From positions 352,001-416,000 of the forward strand of contig JBGASG010000004.1 in assembly GCA_044229845.1 (NCBI GenBank): DNA of 64,000 nt. Direction: 5' to 3'. Shown here in pieces: positions 49,400-58,395 of the stretch. This DNA is from Candidatus Obscuribacteraceae bacterium. Lineage in GTDB: Bacteria > Cyanobacteriota > Vampirovibrionia > Obscuribacterales > Obscuribacteraceae. Position numbers and translations under genes: made by a program. Under the pieces are notes generated by a model that saw only the letters and a list, made by a program, of their open reading frames with translations, searched no databases and was not told the origin of the DNA. Position 1 is the first letter of the stretch. Every line of letters starts with the position of its first letter.

Positions 49400-51586
49400 A
49401 TGCCCCAACCCGCGCATTGCAGAAGAACCGAAATGGCGATGGCACTATCGGTGGCGCTTGTGGCTGCACTTTGTCAAACCAGCTGCACCATGCAACTGCC
49501 CAGCGCGGAAGAAACTGTGGAGAACGTGCCCGTCTTCGCCGTCACCGGCACTACAGGCGGTGCGCTGCCCATATTCAAGCAGGTGGAACATCTCAGTCCC
49601 GCCGAGCGCGTGACGCCGCTGCGCGAGTTCTACAACGCCGCTGCCGACCCGGTCGTCAAACAGAAAGCCGCATATGTCCTGGCGCGCGCTCTGCAGGCGC
49701 GCGGCGGCAACGCTGAACTTACCGAAGCAGTAACCTTGTTCGGTGTTGCTGCGCAATACAAACCGCTCTGGGAGCGCTCGCAGTGGCATGTGTCTGAATG
49801 CGCCATCAGACTCAATGACGAAAAGACCGCCCGCCAGGCCTTCGAGTCCCTGGTGTCCAAATCTCCCGATGAAACCATGAAAGCCGCAGCTCAGTACGGC
49901 CTGGCTCAGTCATTCTTGCGCACCAGCGATGCCGAGAAAGCCGCCGCCGACCTGGCTAAACTGCGCAAGATGGCGCCCACCAGTCAGTACGCCATCGGCA
50001 GCCTCTATTATCTGGGCGAGATGGCGCTGTCCGGCGATAAACAAGACGACGGCATCGCGCTCTTTCGGCAATATCTGGCAGCCAGTCCTGATGGGCGTTT
50101 CGCCGGCGAGATCATGAAACGGCTGAAGACTCTGCCTGGCTTCACCGCCACCACCGACGATCACAATCTCTTCGCCTCGGTGTGCTATGCAGTCGGTGAC
50201 TACTCAGGCGCGCTGCGCGAATGGCAGGCGGCCGGCAACAACAAAGTCTGGTTCAAGCAAGCGATCGCCTTGATCCGCTCGAAGCGCGTCAAAGAAGCGC
50301 AGTCTGTGCTGCTGGCAGGCATGAAAGCGCATCCCGATGATGACGCGGTGGTGCCGGCAGCAACTTTGCTCGCCAAGTATCTGACCAGAGCGGAAGCCAT
50401 CGAGATGTGGCGCGCCGTCCTCACTTCCTGCCCCAAACACAACGATGCGGCACTCTATAATCTGGCGTACCGCACAGATGAGCTCAGTTATTACAACGAC
50501 ATCTTGCGCACGCATCCGACCTCCGCGTTCGCTCCGGAGTCGGCCTGGTGGCTGACCTGGAACCAGATCAAAGGCGGTCATACACAGCAGGCGTTGACCA
50601 TGGCCCAAGCTGGACTGCAGCAGTATCCGGAAACCAAAGCCGGTCCGCGATTTGCTTTCTGGTGCGGCAAACTGGAAGAGCGCCTTGGACACAAAGACCT
50701 GGCGCGTGCCGCCTACCAGGCGGCTGCCGATCGTTTTCCAGCTAATTATTACGGGCACCGTTCGAAAGCACGTCTGTCCGCACTGAACGGCAAGTCTGAC
50801 CGAGGCTGGTCTACACGCCCGGCACGCGACATGCAGCTGTACGCAGCGGCACTGGACGCCACAAGCGACTGGACATGGCCGGAGCCGCCGGAGCTGGTTT
50901 CTTACGAAGCAATCGCCCGCACTGCCGGTCCGACGATTGCCACATTGACTGAATTACGCCAGTGGGAAGAGGCATTCCAGCTGCTTCCTAAAGAAACGAT
51001 GCCGCTTCTGCGCTCGTTCTATTACGCCAAACTCAATCTGCCTCTGGAATCTATCAATGAAGTGAGCGGCAAAATGCAAGGCGCGCCGCACAATGCACCA
51101 CCCTGGAAAATGTCGTTCCCGCTCTTATATGCGCGCATCGTCAATCGAGAAGCAGCCGTCAAGCATGTGGACCCGCTCCTGGCCCAGGGGCTGATTCGCG
51201 AGGAATCGCGCTACAACGCGCAGGCGCTCAGCAGCTCGCACGCGATTGGATTGATGCAGCTCTTGCCCGGCACCGCCTATGGTGTGGCCAAACGATTGGG
51301 CGTCAAGCTCAGCAGCAATGCCGATATTCACAAACCGGAGAACAACATCAAGCTGGGAGTCGATTACATGAGCTACGTGCTGCAGAGGCAGGGTGGCAAC
51401 GCACTGCTGGCAGTGGCAAGTTACAACGGCGGACCGAATGCCGTGGCACACTGGACGCAGACCTTCGGCACAGCCGATATGGATCTGTTCGTCGAGCAGA
51501 TACCTTACACGGAGACTCGAGACTACGTCCGCAAAGTGTTCAGCAGTTACTGGAACTACGAATCGGTTTATCAGGGCGGCAGCTAG
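49400..51586 (+). CDS. Soluble lytic transglycosylase with TPR-like N-terminal region
   Basis: AAGGAGG RBS; LIREESRY, AIGLMQL, ASYNGG, IPYTETRDYV. Confidence 0.93.
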   Translation: MPQPAHCRRTEMAMALSVALVAALCQTSCTMQLPSAEETVENVPVFAVTGTTGGALPIFKQVEHLSPAERVTPLREFYNAAADPVVKQKAAYVLARALQARGGNAELTEAVTLFGVAAQYKPLWERSQWHVSECAIRLNDEKTARQAFESLVSKSPDETMKAAAQYGLAQSFLRTSDAEKAAADLAKLRKMAPTSQYAIGSLYYLGEMALSGDKQDDGIALFRQYLAASPDGRFAGEIMKRLKTLPGFTATTDDHNLFASVCYAVGDYSGALREWQAAGNNKVWFKQAIALIRSKRVKEAQSVLLAGMKAHPDDDAVVPAATLLAKYLTRAEAIEMWRAVLTSCPKHNDAALYNLAYRTDELSYYNDILRTHPTSAFAPESAWWLTWNQIKGGHTQQALTMAQAGLQQYPETKAGPRFAFWCGKLEERLGHKDLARAAYQAAADRFPANYYGHRSKARLSALNGKSDRGWSTRPARDMQLYAAALDATSDWTWPEPPELVSYEAIARTAGPTIATLTELRQWEEAFQLLPKETMPLLRSFYYAKLNLPLESINEVSGKMQGAPHNAPPWKMSFPLLYARIVNREAAVKHVDPLLAQGLIREESRYNAQALSSSHAIGLMQLLPGTAYGVAKRLGVKLSSNADIHKPENNIKLGVDYMSYVLQRQGGNALLAVASYNGGPNAVAHWTQTFGTADMDLFVEQIPYTETRDYVRKVFSSYWNYESVYQGGS

Positions 51587-51628
51587 CGCCCAGACGACTA
51601 TGCCTTGTTTCTTGCCTGATACTAAATA

Positions 51629-51865
51629 CTATGTTTCGCCGAGAGCCGGCTCGTCGTGGGCCTTTTCGGCCGCATCGCCCACATCGGCTATACCGAACAA
51701 CGACTTCCAGAAACCGCCCTTCTGCGCCCGATTGGCGGTGCGGCTGGCGGAGTCGTCAGCACCGCGGTCCGGTGCATTTTTCGGCAATGACTTACCGCAG
51801 GTGGCACACACCGTCTTGGAAGCCGGAGAGCGAAATTGACAACGAGGGCAGATTTGGTAGTACAT
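51629..51865 (-). CDS. Small zinc-ribbon protein
   Basis: CPRC...CATCG; GGFWKSLFG. Confidence 0.7.
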   Translation of the reverse strand: MYYQICPRCQFRSPASKTVCATCGKSLPKNAPDRGADDSASRTANRAQKGGFWKSLFGIADVGDAAEKAHDEPALGET

Positions 51866-51999
51866 ATATTTCAGATACCCTACCCGGGAAAATATCAACC
51901 TGGAGGGCTGCCGACACGCGCACCCCGCCAATTATCATTGTGCCATCGGATTGTTAGACTCGTGTTAAAAACGTGGAAAGCACAGGCAAACTCTGACAT

Positions 52000-52221
52000 A
52001 TGCCGCGTCTGATACTTACCTTTGAAACGACGTTCCAGGTCATGTCTGCCGATCAAATGCTGCGTGACAAGTTTCAGATCCGACCGACGCCCACGCCCTC
52101 AGGTTTGTCACAATCGATTTGCGGCGTCTCGCTTGAAATCCTGAACCACGCCGACAAAGAGGCGATTCTTGAAAAGCTTTCCGGGCACGGGTTGATACCA
52201 TCGGGAGTGCACGAGGTTTAA
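52000..52221 (+). CDS. DUF3343-like small protein
   Basis: ILTFETTFQVM, PTPSGLSQSICGVSL. Confidence 0.75.
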   Translation: MPRLILTFETTFQVMSADQMLRDKFQIRPTPTPSGLSQSICGVSLEILNHADKEAILEKLSGHGLIPSGVHEV

Positions 52222-52239
52222 CCAAACCGGAACCGACCG

Positions 52240-52279
52240 GTCTATGCAGCGACACCGCCAACGGTATCGCTGCATAGAC
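52240..52279. repeat. 18-bp inverted repeat (one mismatch, 4-nt loop)
   Basis: GTCTATGCAGCGACACCG-CCAA-CGGTATCGCTGCATAGAC. Confidence 0.85.
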
Positions 52280-52897
52280 AATAGTCAGCACGATCTATAT
52301 AGCCCTTTTGAAGCGGAATACACGCGAATGCATGCAAGCTCAGCCGTGCGAGCGGTCTGCTCCGCTCATCCGGTTGGGCCGCTTCGCGAGTTTCACACGT
52401 CCATAGGTCGGCCCCGGTCGACGCGCACCGGATTTGGTGCTGGCCGGCATGGAGAGAAAAAATCGCTAGCGGCCGTGAACATTAGACGCCGCTCACTCTT
52501 CTGCGCATCATCCCCACCCTACTGACTCCTGCAGTGACTCACATCGCAATCAGGGACACGCTTTCCGTCCCAGGCACCGGCAAGTCGCTCTCCCTTGCAG
52601 GGCGTTTCAGCGCACGTAACAGAGGCTTGCTGTTGCCAGACGCCCCTTGGCATCATGATGGCACATCTCCTTCCCCTCGTTTCTCCAGGTTCCCGCACCA
52701 GACTAGCTCTCCTCGGCTCCCGCCCCGCCCCGCAAAGCGCGCCCAGCGCCGCGCCGCAACGCCCGCCGCCGAATGCCGGCGATCCACCGCATACCGCGCC
52801 CCGAGCAGACCCGGCCGTTTCGGGAGGAAATCGCGGCCACTCTCGCAGCCGATGCACGGTTCACCAACCCCCAAACCATTTTTCTGGAGCGATCTGC

Positions 52898-54085
52898 ATG
52901 TCTCATCGCAACCTCGCAAACGATAGCCGGCTCGATCCGATTGAGCAGCGCATCATCATGTTGGCTCGTCACGAACGCACCATTGCCTGGGAAACGCCTC
53001 TCACCCGCCGCGCTGCCCGTAAGCGTCGACGCCACAGCCTGCGCATCATGGAGTCGGTCCGAATTCATCCGGCAGCAGCCGAGGAGATCTGGTCCGCCCG
53101 GCAATGCGGCAATACGTTGGTGGCGCGGCGCGCGCTGCGCCTGTTCCAGTCCGCCGACCGGTCAGCGCTGTGGCGCAGTCGGGCGCTCTACCTGGTCAGT
53201 GAATTGCGTCGACGCAAGATGCCTGCGACGTCGCTCGAACTGCTGCAGTGGATCTTCCTCTACGATGCCGATTCGGTGCCGACCGTCGGGATGCACTGCC
53301 GGGGGTGCATCGACGATCAAGATCGCCGCCACGCGCTTACGCCTGTGTCCATCGACCTCTGGCGAGCGCAGCGCGTCGCCATCCTGGCAGCGTCCTGGCG
53401 ACTGCGGTACCCACACATTGATGCTGTGCTGCTGACGGCCGAACGCAGTTTCGACGAGTTCGAGATGCTTGCCGATTTCGAGTCCCAGCATCCGCAGTCG
53501 TTCGCTCTCATCCTGACCGCGGTCGGCGCCTACTTTAATGCACTGCTCCTGCCGAAGGACTTGCAGCAGTACAGCATCGCCGCCGGCGAACTGCTCGTAG
53601 TCGCGGCGCACCGCGCCCTGCGATGCGCCGCTCAGGCGGGCGACTTCCGCTCACCGGGTTCGCTGCTTACCGAACTGTTGATGCACTGGACCGCGGAGCT
53701 CTTCGATCAGCTCGACTTCGCAGACATCAAACATCTGGTGATGTTGTGGTTGGCCCTCACCGGGGCAAACACCGACACACCACCACAGGAGTTCACCACC
53801 ATCATGTCGCAGACCAATCGCCTGTTCGCCGACGACGAGAACGGCACCGGCAGCGAGAACGCCAACAACTCCACCTTGGTCCGCCGCGAGTACGAACCCG
53901 AGTACGGCATGCCGCACCGTGATGAGTACGACCGCGAGAGCGAAACCCTGACCTACAAGTACCGCCTCAGCAATGACGGCACGTCTCGCCTGCGCTTCAC
54001 GGGCGACAGCTTGGAGCGCGACCACACCGTCAGACGCCGCCGCGACCGGCGGGCTGTGCGCAGCAGCAAGGGCTACTACTGCTGA
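52898..54085 (+). CDS. Orphan protein A (paralog of 56121-57092), fused in frame to an Arg-rich peptide
   Basis: GGAG RBS; shared ELLQWI, CxxC and W..RY motifs. Confidence 0.75.
   Translation: MSHRNLANDSRLDPIEQRIIMLARHERTIAWETPLTRRAARKRRRHSLRIMESVRIHPAAAEEIWSARQCGNTLVARRALRLFQSADRSALWRSRALYLVSELRRRKMPATSLELLQWIFLYDADSVPTVGMHCRGCIDDQDRRHALTPVSIDLWRAQRVAILAASWRLRYPHIDAVLLTAERSFDEFEMLADFESQHPQSFALILTAVGAYFNALLLPKDLQQYSIAAGELLVVAAHRALRCAAQAGDFRSPGSLLTELLMHWTAELFDQLDFADIKHLVMLWLALTGANTDTPPQEFTTIMSQTNRLFADDENGTGSENANNSTLVRREYEPEYGMPHRDEYDRESETLTYKYRLSNDGTSRLRFTGDSLERDHTVRRRRDRRAVRSSKGYYC
53804..54085 (+). CDS. Nested in-frame small Arg-rich protein (93 aa)
   Basis: Own AGGAG RBS; MSQTNRLFADDENGTG and RRRDRRAVRSSKGY match the 54242 ORF. 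Confidence 0.6.
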   Translation: MSQTNRLFADDENGTGSENANNSTLVRREYEPEYGMPHRDEYDRESETLTYKYRLSNDGTSRLRFTGDSLERDHTVRRRRDRRAVRSSKGYYC

Positions 54086-54241
54086 GGCTGAAAGTACAAC
54101 AATTATGAACAGGCCCGCAGCAGCCGCACATCTGGCGCAGCTCCGATGTCGTTCGCCGCCTTTCGGCAGGCGCTCGGCAGTCCAGCTGATTTGGAACCGA
54201 CCGCATTTTCGTCCACACCACAAGGCAGGAGAAACTTCACC

Positions 54242-54457
54242 ATGTCGCACACCATCCGGTACGCCTTCGACGACAACACCACCGGCGACGACTTCGGCAC
54301 CGCGAACGACGGCGAGATCTTCGAGGACGCGCCGAGGACGTCCCGCATCGGTCTGCCGCGGGCGTTCCGCAACGTCCGGAACCGGGCGCGCGACCAGGCA
54401 GTCAACCGCCGCCGCGACCGCAGGGCGGCCCAGCGGCGCAAGGGCTACGGCCGCTAG
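54242..54457 (+). CDS. Small Arg-rich protein (71 aa)
   Basis: AGGAG RBS; MSHTIRYAFDDNTTG...RRRDRRAAQRRKGYGR. Confidence 0.75.
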   Translation: MSHTIRYAFDDNTTGDDFGTANDGEIFEDAPRTSRIGLPRAFRNVRNRARDQAVNRRRDRRAAQRRKGYGR

Positions 54458-54536
54458 CCGACCGGCACCACAGGCAGTGCGCGGACCCTCAGCCGGCTCG
54501 CGCACTGCCGTCTCGAGTCACATGGACGGAAGAAAC

Positions 54537-54962
54537 ATGAGCAAGAAAAACGTCGCCCGTGCTGTTCTAGTAATCTTCGCGCTGTGCTGCATCGGCGCGT
54601 TCGCCGCCGGGGTAGCCCTGTCGGAACGGCAGAACTTCTGGATACCGGGTCTCGCCCTCACCCTTCTGGCGGTGGCGCCCGTACTCGGCATGCGCTACCA
54701 GATCCACAAAATGCGCCCCAATCCCTCATCCGAGCAAATGACGGTCAACGTCGGATCAGAGGGACTGACGGGAGACATCTGCCTGGTCTTCCTCTGCCAA
54801 TTCGCCGGATGGTGTTACGTCCTCATTCCAGCGGTGGTTGCCGTGGTGGCTTTCATCGCCGTGATCGCCGTCTTGATCAGAGGGTCGGCATACCTGATCA
54901 ACAGGTTGACCGGTGACGACCAGGCGCCGCCGCAGCCAACATCCTCAGGGGAGAACACGTGA
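54537..54962 (+). CDS. Small multi-TM membrane protein
   Basis: Three to four hydrophobic segments; stop overlaps the next start (GTGA). Confidence 0.7.
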   Translation: MSKKNVARAVLVIFALCCIGAFAAGVALSERQNFWIPGLALTLLAVAPVLGMRYQIHKMRPNPSSEQMTVNVGSEGLTGDICLVFLCQFAGWCYVLIPAVVAVVAFIAVIAVLIRGSAYLINRLTGDDQAPPQPTSSGENT

Positions 54963-55687
54963 GCACCGACAACGCCCTGCGCTACGTCGACTTCAAAGAA
55001 GAGACCCTGATCGTGCCGGACGGCGTAGCCACCATCTTCGTCGAACGCGCCCCTCGCCTGCGGCAGGTGGTGCTGCCCGACTCGCTGACCTTTGCTCGGC
55101 TGGCGGGCTGCCCGCAGCTTGCCGAGTTGCCGCTGCCGCCGGCGCTCAAGGACCTGCACCTGATCGACTGCCCGGCACTGCCGGCGGTGCAGTTGCCGAC
55201 GACCCTCGAGGTGCTGTCTCTGGTCGACTGCCCGGCGCTACCCGCCGACGAGCTGCCGGCGTCGCTGTTCCGCCTGTCGCTGGGCGGTTTCTCCGCGTCG
55301 ACCCTGCCCGCTCTGCCGCCCCACCTCACCGACTTGATCATCTCCAACTGGCCAAATCTGCAAGCGGTGACGCCGTCTCCCAGGCTGGAGACCCTGCACC
55401 TGCACCGGTGCCCGCAGGTCGCGCAGATCACAGCGCCGCCGACGGTTACCGAGTTGTGGGCAGATAAGTGCCCGCAGCTTGCTGCAGTCACCCTGCCCGA
55501 TGCGCTGCAATATCTGCAGTGCATCGACTGCCCCAGCCTCGCCTGCGTCCGCCTGCCCTCCACGGTGCTCTCCGCGCGCCTGGACCCGCACATCGCCGTC
55601 GAGATTCACAACCACCGCCTGACTGTCGAGGTGACGGTCTCGCTCGACGGCGTCACTCTCGTCGACAGAGATCACCTTTTGCTCTGA
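54959..55687 (+). CDS. Leucine-rich repeat protein (LxxLxLxxCPxL type)
   Basis: Repeats LKDLHLIDCPAL, LEVLSLVDCPAL, LETLHLHRCPQV, LQYLQCIDCPSL; GGAG RBS. Confidence 0.85.
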   Translation: MSTDNALRYVDFKEETLIVPDGVATIFVERAPRLRQVVLPDSLTFARLAGCPQLAELPLPPALKDLHLIDCPALPAVQLPTTLEVLSLVDCPALPADELPASLFRLSLGGFSASTLPALPPHLTDLIISNWPNLQAVTPSPRLETLHLHRCPQVAQITAPPTVTELWADKCPQLAAVTLPDALQYLQCIDCPSLACVRLPSTVLSARLDPHIAVEIHNHRLTVEVTVSLDGVTLVDRDHLLL

Positions 55688-55733
55688 GTACCTGCCGCCC
55701 CACAGGTAACTCTACTTCCCGGGAGCCACCGCG

Positions 55734-56099
55734 ATGAGCTACCTCATCTTCGACGACAAGGACATGCAGAGGGCGACCATCCCCGCGCATGCAACAGAAC
55801 GCATCCGTGCAATTGCACGGTTTTACGACGTCACGCCTGGCAGCGCCCAGCTCCTGGACAACCTCTGCTCCCGGCGCGCGGCGGCTGACGATGTTGTGTC
55901 GCAGTGCGCACTGGCGGTGATTCGTTTGCTGCTGGTGACGCGCCGCGATCTGGATTGGTCGCATCGCTGCCTGGTCACCGCCGGTCGACTGGTCGAACTG
56001 CGCCGCGTCAGGCTGGCGCGCGACCTGATCGTGCATGCCAACGCCGCCCTGGTAGTCGACACCCCGCAGCGCATCGACCACGTTCCGCCATTCGACTGA
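55734..56099 (+). CDS. Hypothetical protein
   Basis: GGAG RBS; fits the operon spacing. Confidence 0.6.
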   Translation: MSYLIFDDKDMQRATIPAHATERIRAIARFYDVTPGSAQLLDNLCSRRAAADDVVSQCALAVIRLLLVTRRDLDWSHRCLVTAGRLVELRRVRLARDLIVHANAALVVDTPQRIDHVPPFD

Positions 56100-56120
56100 G
56101 GAATCTGCACGGAGTTGATC

Positions 56121-57092
56121 ATGACTCAGCCCTCTTCCATTTTGCCGCGCGCGGCAACCGACGGCATGCGCTCGCTGCTGCTGCCGGGCTCGTTCACCAA
56201 CGCCTGGCTGCCCTGGCCGCACCAGCAGTTGATCATCGACATGGTGCCGGAGCGGCGCAGCGTCTGGGAGAAGAAGCGCGCCCGGCGCATCGCGGTTCGC
56301 CATCGGCTGCACATCGACACGGCCTACGAACTCTGGCAGGCTCGCCAGAACGCCGCCACTGCGCCGCTGTCTCGCCGCACGCTGCGATGCTTCGCTCGTG
56401 GCGAAACTTCGCAGCAGTGGATCGACCAGGCACTGCAGCTGGTGCCTCTCTTGCGCGAGGCGCACCTGCACCGCAGCGCTTTCGAGTTGCTGCAGTGGAT
56501 TGTCGGCGCCGATCAGCTCTTCAAGTCCTGCGGCTGCCCGGATAACAGCGGTTTCTGCCAGACTTGCTTGCTCGGCGAGTCGCCCCGCACCGAGCATGCC
56601 CTCAGGCAAGAAACGTGCCATCACTGGCAGCAGCGCGAGGCTGAGCTCTTGCGCACAGCCTGGGAACGCCGCTACCACTTCACAGACGCCCTGCTGGAGT
56701 TGCAGGCGGTGGACCGCGCCCGGTGGCAGATGCTCGCCGCTCTCGAAGAGTGCGATCCGCTGGTGTTTCAGGCGGTGCTCACCGCCTTGCAGGGCGCCGA
56801 CGACGCGCTGGCACTGCCGGCTCGGCTGCGCCAGTGGGGGATGGTGCCTGCAGAAGAACTGGCGATCGCCGCCGCCAGGGTGCGTCACATCAGCCGACGC
56901 GGCGGCTGCGACCGAATATTCTTCGGCACGCAGTACATGATCTCGCAAATGCTCCTGGAGAAGGCCACGCAGGTCTTGATGTTCACCGAGTCGCTCGACC
57001 CGGCGGCGACAGGGGTGCTCGCCGACGCGGTCCACTGGGCGGCCTGGCAGCTTTTCTCCAACGCGTTGGACGCGTTGGAGGACGGCAACTGA
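56121..57092 (+). CDS. Orphan protein B (paralog of the 52898 ORF), Cys-rich centre
   Basis: GGAG RBS; FELLQWI, CGCPDNSGFCQTC, AWERRYH. Confidence 0.78.
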   Translation: MTQPSSILPRAATDGMRSLLLPGSFTNAWLPWPHQQLIIDMVPERRSVWEKKRARRIAVRHRLHIDTAYELWQARQNAATAPLSRRTLRCFARGETSQQWIDQALQLVPLLREAHLHRSAFELLQWIVGADQLFKSCGCPDNSGFCQTCLLGESPRTEHALRQETCHHWQQREAELLRTAWERRYHFTDALLELQAVDRARWQMLAALEECDPLVFQAVLTALQGADDALALPARLRQWGMVPAEELAIAAARVRHISRRGGCDRIFFGTQYMISQMLLEKATQVLMFTESLDPAATGVLADAVHWAAWQLFSNALDALEDGN

Positions 57093-57117
57093 TCCAACGA
57101 ACACACGCGGAGGAGAC

Positions 57118-57681
57118 ATGTTCCAGCCACCATCAGGAGATACCTCCAACACAACCTATCCGACGATCAAAAACGCCTGGGACATGCTCCAGGCCGGCAC
57201 CGCTCTCGACGATGTCCGCTGGGTCCTGGAGTGGGCTCTCGTTCAGTGCCGGGGGCGCAACAACGGCAAATACACCGCAGAGGAGTACTGGATCCAGGTC
57301 GGGCTGGCAGATAGCATCGGCAGGCAGAGCAACACGCGGTCGGCGTGCACGATGCTCTTGCTGGCACTGGTGCAGGTCAGTGCGGAGCTCGGCGAAACCC
57401 ACGTCCTCAGTGGTCTCGCCATGCTCGAACTGTCCTGGACTTACGCGGGACTGGGTCGATTCGCGCCGGCGCGCGCCCTCATGGATGAAGGGCTGCGCAT
57501 ACTGGAGAAGTCAGCCGCTGTCGGCTGCGACTACAGCACCCAGCGCATTGGCGGCTGGATCAAGTCGTTCGGCCGGCATGCCGCTGTAATCGCCAAGGAG
57601 GCGCCCGAGCCGAAAGAGTGGCGCGGACTCGACCACTGGATACAGACAACCGTAGAGGAAGCCTGGGCAAGGCGCTCCTGA
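57118..57681 (+). CDS. TPR-like helical hypothetical protein
   Basis: GGAGG RBS; LGETHVLSGLAMLELSWTYAGLGRFAPARALMDEGLRILEK resembles a TPR. Confidence 0.65.
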   Translation: MFQPPSGDTSNTTYPTIKNAWDMLQAGTALDDVRWVLEWALVQCRGRNNGKYTAEEYWIQVGLADSIGRQSNTRSACTMLLLALVQVSAELGETHVLSGLAMLELSWTYAGLGRFAPARALMDEGLRILEKSAAVGCDYSTQRIGGWIKSFGRHAAVIAKEAPEPKEWRGLDHWIQTTVEEAWARRS

Positions 57682-57748
57682 CGGCGATCGCCGGCGGTGC
57701 CCACCAGTGCCACCACTGGTGACGGCACCGCAGTTGGACGGGAGACAC

Positions 57749-58105
57749 ATGTACGAACCACCGCCGTACGAAGGAGGACTCCTGATCACCGCAGAGTCCA
57801 CCTTCCTGTTCGGGCTCACCGTGCGCCCGCAACAATGCAGCCGTCTGCCAAGGCGAGAACGACGTCGCATGGAGCGCCAACGCACTAGCGCCGAAGAAGA
57901 CTGGCAATCGCAGTGGCGGTCGCAATGGCGGTCGCGGCGGGAGAGTCCCTGGCAGTCTTCGTGGATGTCGCTGTGGCAATCGCACTGGCAGTTGCTGCAG
58001 CAGTCGCAGTGGCAGTCGCTGCAACGGTCGCCTCGGCAGACACAACGGCAGTCTCAGCGACAGTCGCAATGGCGCCTTGAGTGGTTGCGTCGACATCAAG
58101 AATGA
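57749..58105 (+). CDS. Tetrapeptide-repeat (SQW[Q/R]) protein
   Basis: GGAG RBS; degenerate 12-bp tandem repeat at about 57902-58085. Confidence 0.55.
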   Translation: MYEPPPYEGGLLITAESTFLFGLTVRPQQCSRLPRRERRRMERQRTSAEEDWQSQWRSQWRSRRESPWQSSWMSLWQSHWQLLQQSQWQSLQRSPRQTQRQSQRQSQWRLEWLRRHQE

Positions 58106-58395
58106 ACCAGCACTTCCTGTGGTGGCAGCTCTGCCGCCGCCACAGGAACCTCACCCCACTCTAAAATCCCAGCTCTACTATTGCACTTAGTTTATCTAGA
58201 GTCGGCAAACCATCCTCATACACTCGATCCAAGCCGGCAATACTTGACAATTCAGCGCTTCTGCGTACAATAGAGCAGCGCTTGTAAAAGAACCCGCGAA
58301 CCCGCCCCGCATCAGCGCCAGACGTCACCTGTCGTACGTCTGTAATTACCATTTTGCCTGAGGCACCATCACCGTCGATGGTGGCATAACTTACT

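Noticed and set aside
52595..52897. Longer start for the orphan A ORF and overlapping ORFs at 52.5-53.4 kb
   Set aside because: Low-complexity Pro/Arg translations without RBS; similarity to paralog B begins only after ATG 52898
54085..57731. Intergenic hairpins as integron attC sites
   Set aside because: No consistent RYYYAAC/GTTRRRY ends, no shared sequence between hairpins and no integron integrase in the window
57902..58085. Possible CRISPR array
   Set aside because: Contiguous degenerate 12-bp units without unique spacers; no cas genes
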